Position numbers and translations under genes: made by a program. 29,752 bases of DNA, taken from the NCBI GenBank assembly GCA_002269645.1, contig NIVC01001038.1, forward strand, positions 1 through 29,752. Reading direction: 5' to 3'. The notes below the pieces were generated by a model. That model ran no database searches. It had not been told where the DNA came from and saw nothing but the letters and a program-made list of their open reading frames with translations. Below, piece by piece: positions 23,712 to 29,752 of this stretch. Position 1 is the stretch's first letter; each line of letters starts with the position of its first letter. This DNA is from Macrostomum lignano (lineage: Eukaryota).

Positions 23712-24375
23712 CTCTTCTCAGCGCTCTTCTCTCTAATCTCCTCTCTACCCTTTCCTCTCTTCTCTCTTCTCTTCTCTTCGCCCTCCTCTCTCCTCTCCTA
23801 TCTTCTCTATCATCTCCTCTCCTCTCTCCTCTCTTCTCTTTTCTATCATCTCCTCTCTCCTCTCTCCTCTCTCCTCTCCTCTCTCCTCTCTCCTCTCTCC
23901 TCTCCTCTCCTCTCTCCTCTCTCCTCTCCTCTCTCCTCTCCTCTCCTCTCTCCTCTCTCCTCTCTCCTCTCCTCTCTCCTCTCTTCTCTATCATCTCCTC
24001 TCCTCTCTCCTCTCTTCTCTTTTCTATCATCTCCTCTCTCCTCTCTCCTCTCTCCTCTCCTCTCTCCTCTCTCCTCTCTCCTCTCCTCTCCTCTCTCCTC
24101 TCTCCTCTCCTCTCTCCTCTCCTCTCCTCTCTCCTCTCTCCTCTCTCCTCTCCTCTCTCCTCTCTTCTCTATCATCTCTCCTCTCTCCTCTCTCCTCTCT
24201 CCTTTCTCCTCTCCTCTCTCCTCTCCGCTCTCCTCTCCTCTCTTCTCTATCATCTCCTCTCTCCTCTCTCCTCTCCTCTCGCCCCATCTCCTCTTCTCTT
24301 CTCTCTCTTATCTCCTCTCTCCTCCCTCCTCATCTTTCCACTCCTTTCTTCTCCTTTATTCTCTCGCCTCTCCTT
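23712..24375. repeat. Polypyrimidine (CTCTC/CTCT)n tract with recurring CTATCATCTC
   Basis: About 660 nt with very few purines. Confidence 0.98.
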
Positions 24376-24586
24376 TTTCGTTTATCTCCCTTCGTTTTTT
24401 TCTATTTTTAAATCGAAACTTTATCCGAGATTTTCTGTTCAAATTGATCACGGGAGAACTATAAAAGTTCCAAAGTTCCAACTGCACTTAAACAGGAAGT
24501 GAACTTCACTTTCTGCCCCCACGTGACACTTTGTCTCCAGTGTCTTGTATATTCCAGTTCAAATTGAGTCTTCTCAGTAAGAGACC

Positions 24587-24869
24587 GTGGTTGTAGCCTA
24601 GTGGTTAGAGCATTGGACTCATGGCTGGAAGGTCGGGGGTTCGATTCGGTTCGACCCACTCTCGGAACAATTTGTGTCCTTGAGCAAGACACTACTCTAC
24701 ATTGCTTGAGCTATAAAATGGGTGCCAGCATTAGCTGGGGTAATTGAGGCTGTGTGTGGCGACCCTTCAGTCATTGGACTGAACAGCCGTACGCAGCCTT
24801 CAGATGCGATGTCGGTTGCACATCAGGCCCGATTGGGGCAGGTGTAATCAATGATTATATTATTATTAC
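24587..24869 (+). mobile_element. tRNA-derived SINE, copy B (full length: tRNA head, CORE-like middle, ATT tail)
   Basis: A box TAGCCTAGTGG at 24594-24604. B box GGTTCGATTCG at 24638, followed by a second GGTTCGACCC. TGTGTCCTTGAGCAAGACACT...TATAAAATGGG at 24673-24722. TATTATTATT tail. Homologous to 4651-4819. Confidence 0.85.
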
Positions 24870-25099
24870 TAGGTCGAAACTAGCTGTGTGTTCTTGATTG
24901 ATTTCGCCACTCGTCCATGCTGAAAGTTTCGAATTATTTCGCTATTCTCATTTTTGCTAAAATTATAACCTCACACAGCAAACAGTCCCGAATAGTCTCG
25001 AGGATGATGGAGTCTGGACGACTTGCTAATGAGGCCCAGTGAACTATACCTTCTCTGTAGTGAAAGCATTCAAAGCACGCATACATGGGTTCTTTTGGG

Positions 25100-25500
25100 C
25101 GCCCTTTTGCTATATCAATCAATAAATCAATTGATTTCACACTAACCTGCCCCGCCATCCAAAATCAATAAAAACGGCCCTTTTAGAGGCTCAACTATAA
25201 TCAATGAATAAGTCAATTAATTTCACACACACCTGCCCAGATAATAAAAACGGCCCTTTTAGGGCCTCACCTATATTTAGTAAATAAATCATTTGATATC
25301 ACGCACCTGCCCTGTCCACCCAAATTATCTGAAAAACGGCCCTTTGAAGGACAGAATCATTATCAATGAATAAATCGACAACTGATATCACACACCTGCC
25401 CTGTCCACCCAAATTATCTGAAAATAAAAACGGCCCTTTGAGGGGCTCACTCATTATCAATTAATAAATCAGTTGATATCACACACCGCCCCGCCCACTC
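25100..25500. repeat. Degenerate 75-95 bp tandem repeat, about 5 units
   Basis: Recurring TCAAT.AATAAATCA.TTGAT.TCAC..ACCTGCCC and AAAAACGGCCCTTT blocks. Confidence 0.85.
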
Positions 25501-25502
25501 AG

Positions 25503-25964
25503 GCCGGCCTGGTAGCCCAGTCCATCGGCCAGGCCTTCCAATCCGCCTATCTGGAGTTTCTTCGCGCGAACGGCGTCGACCGACCGCATCGCCGAGAGCT
25601 GCGGGAGGCCGCCTACCAGGACGTGCTGGAAGCGCAGGACCTCCTAGGCGAGGAGCTGGCTCTGTTCAGCCGGCCGGAGACCCAGAAAGAGGTGCTGGTG
25701 CCCAAAGCCAAAGGCGAACCGTTGGGCGTTGTGGTTGTTGAAAGCGGCTGGGGCTCCCTGCTGCCCACCGCCGTGCTGGCCAACATGCAGCCAGCCGGCC
25801 CAGCGGCCCGATGCGCCCAGCTTAACATCGGCGACCAGCTGCTGGCGGTGAACGGGGTCAGTCTGGTGGGCCTGCCGCTGTCCACCTGCCAGCAGCTGCT
25901 CAAAGCCTGCCGACCGAGGACTGCAGTCAAGCTCAGCTTGGTGTCCTGTCCGCCTGTTGTGCAG
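25503..25964 (+). CDS. APBA1: X11/Mint/APBA exon 6, PTB C-terminal helix and PDZ1
   Basis: AGLVAQSIGQAFQSAYLEFLRANG...GEPLGVVVVESGWGSLLPT...LNIGDQ...SLVGLPLSTCQ...CPPVVQ. Acceptor actcag, donor gtactc. Confidence 0.97.
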
Positions 25965-25981
25965 GTACTCTAGTTTACCTG

Positions 25982-26770
25982 GGATGGATTGCTAGCCTAG
26001 TCAAGATGGATTGCTAGCCTAGTCAAGATGGATTGCTAGCCTAGTCAAGATGGATTGCTAGCCTAGTCAAGATGGATTGCTAGCCTAGATGGATTGCTAG
26101 TCCACACTAAATGCATTGCTAGTCTAGACTAGATGGATTGCTAGCCTAGATGGATTGCTAGTCTAGACTAGATGGATTGCTAGCCTAGATGGATTGCTAG
26201 CCTAGATGGATTGCTAGCCTAGATGGATTGCTAGCCTAGATGGATTGCTAGCCTAGATGGATTGCTAGCCTAGATGGATTGCTAGCCTAGATGGATTGCT
26301 AGCCTAGATGGATTGCTAGCCTAGATGGATTGCTAGCCTAGATGGATTGCTAGCCTAGATGGATTGCTAGCCTAGATGGATTGCTAGCCTAGATGGATTG
26401 CTAGCCTAGATGGATTGCTAGCCTAGATGGATTGCTAGCCTAGATGGATTGCTAGCCTAGATGGATTGCTAGCCTAGATGGATTGCTAGCCTAGATGGAT
26501 TGCTAGCCTAGATGGATTGCTAGCCTAGATGGATTGCTAGACTAGATGGATTGCTAGTCTAGATGGATTGCTGGATGGATTGCTAGAGATGGATTGCTAG
26601 CCTAGATGGATTGCTAGCCTAGATGGATTGCTAGCCTAGATGGATTGCTAGCCTAGATGGATTGCTAGCCTAGATGGATTGCTAGCCTAGATGGATTGCT
26701 AGCCTAGATGGATTGCTAGCCTAGATGGATTGCTAGCCTAGATGGATTGCTAGCCTAGATGGATTGCTAG
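25982..26770. repeat. 17-bp minisatellite (GATGGATTGCTAGCCTA)n, starting with four 22-bp variants
   Basis: Fills about 95% of intron 25965-26797. Confidence 0.99.
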
Positions 26771-26797
26771 TCCAGCCAAGATCCCGAACTGCTGCAG

Positions 26798-27070
26798 GTG
26801 CTAATCCGCCGGCCAGACGCCAAGTACCAATTGGGCTTCAGTGTGCAAAACGGCGTCATCTGCTCGCTGCTCCGTGGCGGCATCGCCGAACGCGGCGGAG
26901 TCCGAGTCGGCCACCGGATCATCGAGATCAACGGCCAGTCCGTGGTGGCCACCCCGCACGACAAGATTGTCTCCATGCTGGCCTCCGGAGTGGGGGAGAT
27001 CCACATGAAAACCATGCCGACCTCAGTGTTCAGACTGCTCACTGGGCAGGAGACTCCGCACTATATTTGA
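26798..27070 (+). CDS. APBA1: X11/Mint/APBA last exon, PDZ2 and conserved C-terminal tail
   Basis: [58 protein letters not shown]...IHMKTMP...[12 protein letters not shown], near-identical to the Mint PDZ2 and PxYI tail. The symbol denotes the family (APBA1-3, fly X11L, worm lin-10), not one-to-one orthology. Confidence 0.98.
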   Translation: MLIRRPDAKYQLGFSVQNGVICSLLRGGIAERGGVRVGHRIIEINGQSVVATPHDKIVSMLASGVGEIHMKTMPTSVFRLLTGQETPHYI

Positions 27071-27249
27071 GCATTTTCTGAGTCCCCCTCCTTCCCGGCC
27101 GTCCCCGCGTCCGCTCTGTCCGGTTAGCTGGGCTGCTAATGCTTCATCTCTGTTGCTAGTGCCCTTCACTTTGCAGCCGCTTTCACTGCGTCTCTGCATT
27201 CGTTTCATGCACTGCCAATGGCATGTTTTCTGTCTTTGTCTTTCCTGCT

Positions 27250-28590
27250 TGGTGCTTGTGTCTCTGGTTGTGTCTCTGGTTGTGTCTCTCTGGTTGTGTC
27301 TCTCTGGTTGTGTCTCTCTGGTTGTTGTGTCTCTCTGGTTGTGTCTCTCCCGATTGTGTCTCTTTGGTTGTGTCTCTTTGGTTGTGTCTCTCCGATTGTC
27401 TCTCTGGTTGTGTCTCTCTGGTTGTGTCTCTCTGGTTGTGTCTCTCTGGTTGTGTCTCTCTGGTTGTGTCTCTCCCGATTGTGTCTCTCTGGTTGTGTCT
27501 CTCTGGTTGTGTCTCTCCGATTGTGTCTCTCTCCGATTGTGTCTCTCTGGTTGTGTCTCTCCGATTGTGTCCCTCTACGATTGTGTCTCTCTCCGATTGT
27601 GTCCCTCTCCGATTGTGTCTCTCTGGTTGTGTCTCTCTGATTGTGCCTCTCCGATTGGGTCTCTCCGATTGTGTCTCTCTCCGATTGTGTCTCTCTCCGA
27701 TTGTGTCTCTCTCTGATTGTGTCTCTCTGGTTGTGTCCCTCTTCGATTGTGTCTCTCTGGTTGTGTCTCTGTCCGATTGTGTCTCTCCGATTGTGTCTCT
27801 CTGGTTGTGTCTCTATCCGATTGTATCTCTCTGGTTGTGTCTTTCTAGTTGTGTCTCTATCCGATTGTGTCTCTCTGGTTGTGTCTCTCTGGTTGTGTCT
27901 CTCTCGATTGTCTCTCTCCGATTGTGTCTCTCTGGTTGTGTCTCTCTGGTTGTGTCTCTCCGATTGTGTCTCTCTCCGATTGTGTCTCTCTCCGATTGTG
28001 TCTCTCTGGTTGTGTCCCTCTACGATTGTGTCTCTCTCCGATTGTGTCCCTCTCCGATTGTGTCTCTCTGGTTGTGTCTCTCTGATTGTGCCTCTCCGAT
28101 TGGGTCTCTCCGATTGTGTCTCTCTCCGATTGTGTCTCTCTCCGATTGTGTCTCTCTCTGATTGTGTCTCTCTGGTTGTGTCCCTCTTCGATTGTGTCTC
28201 TCTGGTTGTGTCTCTGTCCGATTGTGTCTCTCCGATTGTGTCTCTCTGGTTGTGTCTCTATCCGATTGTATCTCTCTGGTTGTGTCTTTCTAGTTGTGTC
28301 TCTATCCGATTGTGTCTCTCTGGTTGTATCTCTCTGGTTGTGTCTCTCTCCGATTGTCTCTCTCCGATTGTGTCTCTCTGGTTGTCTCTCTGATTGTCTC
28401 TCTTGTTGTGTCTCTCCGATTGTGTCTCTCTGGTTGTGTCTCTCTGGTTGTGTCTCTCTGGTTATGTTTCTCTGGTTGTGTCTCTCTCCGATTGTCTCTC
28501 TCCGATTGTGTCTGTTTGTTTGCATCTATCTGATTGTGTCTTTCTGATTGTCTATCTGATTATGTCTCTCCAATTGTGTCTGTGATTTTG
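27250..28590. repeat. About 14-bp satellite (TTGTGTCTCTCTGG / TTGTGTCTCTCCGA)n with a 445-bp internal duplication
   Basis: Directly visible; marker TTGTGCCTCTCCGATTGGGT at 27641 and 28086. Confidence 0.98.
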
Positions 28591-29487
28591 TCTGTCTGAT
28601 GGTCTCTTTCTGTCTATCTGTCCCGCTATACCTGTCCATTTCAGCGCCCCAGCCTGGCTCCCAGGTGCACCTGTACATAGCACAGCAAGCTTTGCAGCTT
28701 TGCTTCGCAGTCTGAGACAGCCGCCGTGATTCGCTATTCAACTGATAGCTGAACTACTTACAGCTGCTGTCACAGGTTTTACTGTTGCTGTAAGCATGTA
28801 AAGCCCAGCAGTGCAATAAGTAATGCTATTCCACTGGTTGCGAATATTGATAACCCCAATTAATCAATTGCTTTGTCATTAATTTCTAGCCAAGAATATT
28901 CTGTTATTTGTCACACAAGTGCAACCACTTGCAAAGGTCCAGTATTAACCTGCCTTTCAGAGTAGCCAGTTTTTCACTCATATAATTTGCTTTCAACTTC
29001 TTGATCGCGTTTTCACTATCTGGTCAACTTGTCCTTCCAAACTGGTTATTAAATATTCCTCCACGGTATTGTTTTCACAGTTTTTATTCATTCGAATTTT
29101 AAACAATACACCTCTGCTAGGGCATCGAACCCAGGACCTCTTAGGTACATAGTTTAGATTTTTAAGGCTGGATTAAACCAATATTTGTTCGAGTTTTCAT
29201 AAAGCCCTGGCAAGAATTTTGATAATCTTTCTCTACTTGCTACTGACGGCTTTTCAGTAGCATAGTCAGCTTTTTTCAACCGTTTTCTCTCACTGTGCTC
29301 TCCGTCTAAAAACGTTAACGACTTTATATATTTTTTCGCTTCTTAAAGCTTCGAGCCGTGCGGTATTTAACTTTCAACATTTTTTGCCATTTCCCGTCGC
29401 GAAATTGGGATTTTTTTACCAACCCAGTAAGACACGCAGTCAGGCGTGAGCATTGGTTAAGGGCTGAGCTGCCTCATCTCCAGTTAT

Positions 29488-29752
29488 TTGATGGATTGCT
29501 AGACTAGATGGGTTGCTAGACTAGAATGGATTGCTAGACTAGATGGATGCTAGACTAGATGGGAATTGCTAGTCTAGATGATGCTGGACTAGATGATTGC
29601 ATTAGGGGACTAGATGGATTGCTAGTACTAGATGGATTGCTAGTAGAGATGGATTACTAGTAGATAGATTGCTAGTAGAGATGGATTGCTAGTAGAGATG
29701 GATGCTAGTAGAGATGGATTGCTAGTAGAGATGGATTACTAGTAGATAGATT
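29488..29752. repeat. 17-bp minisatellite (GATGGATTGCTAGACTA / GATGGATTGCTAGTAGA)n, same family as 25982-26770, cut by the window end
   Basis: Shared 13-bp core GATGGATTGCTAG. Confidence 0.95.

Noticed and set aside
24587-24660. Functional tRNA gene (also 4750-4819)
   Set aside because: A and B boxes are present but there is no closing acceptor stem, and the sequence continues into a shared SINE body.
26771-26797. In-frame alternative acceptor at 26770 adding SSQDPELLQ
   Set aside because: Homologues have CPPVxx directly followed by VLIRRP, so 26798 fits; no evidence for the longer form.
29110-29150. Minus-strand B-box-like GGTTCGATGCC
   Set aside because: No A box or SINE body recognisable; too short to call.

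Overview
Animal (non-vertebrate) nuclear genomic DNA, with nothing prokaryotic or viral. GC-rich, CAG-rich exons separated by minisatellite-packed introns fit a free-living flatworm such as Macrostomum, but that is an inference from style only. There are two spliced + strand genes. (1) The last two coding exons (3171-4015, 6764-6996) of a D2-like dopamine receptor (Dop2R type); the TM1-TM3 exons lie upstream of the window. (2) An apparently complete 7-exon X11/Mint/APBA/LIN-10 adaptor gene (10400-27070, 2244 nt CDS, about 747 aa, PTB + 2 PDZ), with all intron phases mutually consistent and no internal stop. By hand estimate about 12.5-13 kb (roughly 43%) of the window is tandem repeat, from about 17 different arrays, and nearly all long ORFs in the track are translation artefacts of these. 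Also present: two copies of a tRNA-derived SINE with a CORE-like middle domain, the end of a hAT/Charlie-like element, and an imperfect foldback of about 230 bp. I found no convincing new multi-gene system. The most unusual signals concern intron and satellite biology: a satellite-filled intron bounded by a direct repeat, a shared CACCGC..CGC motif at T-poor acceptors, interrupted palindromes in unrelated satellite units, and a 20-mer to 22-mer unit transition.
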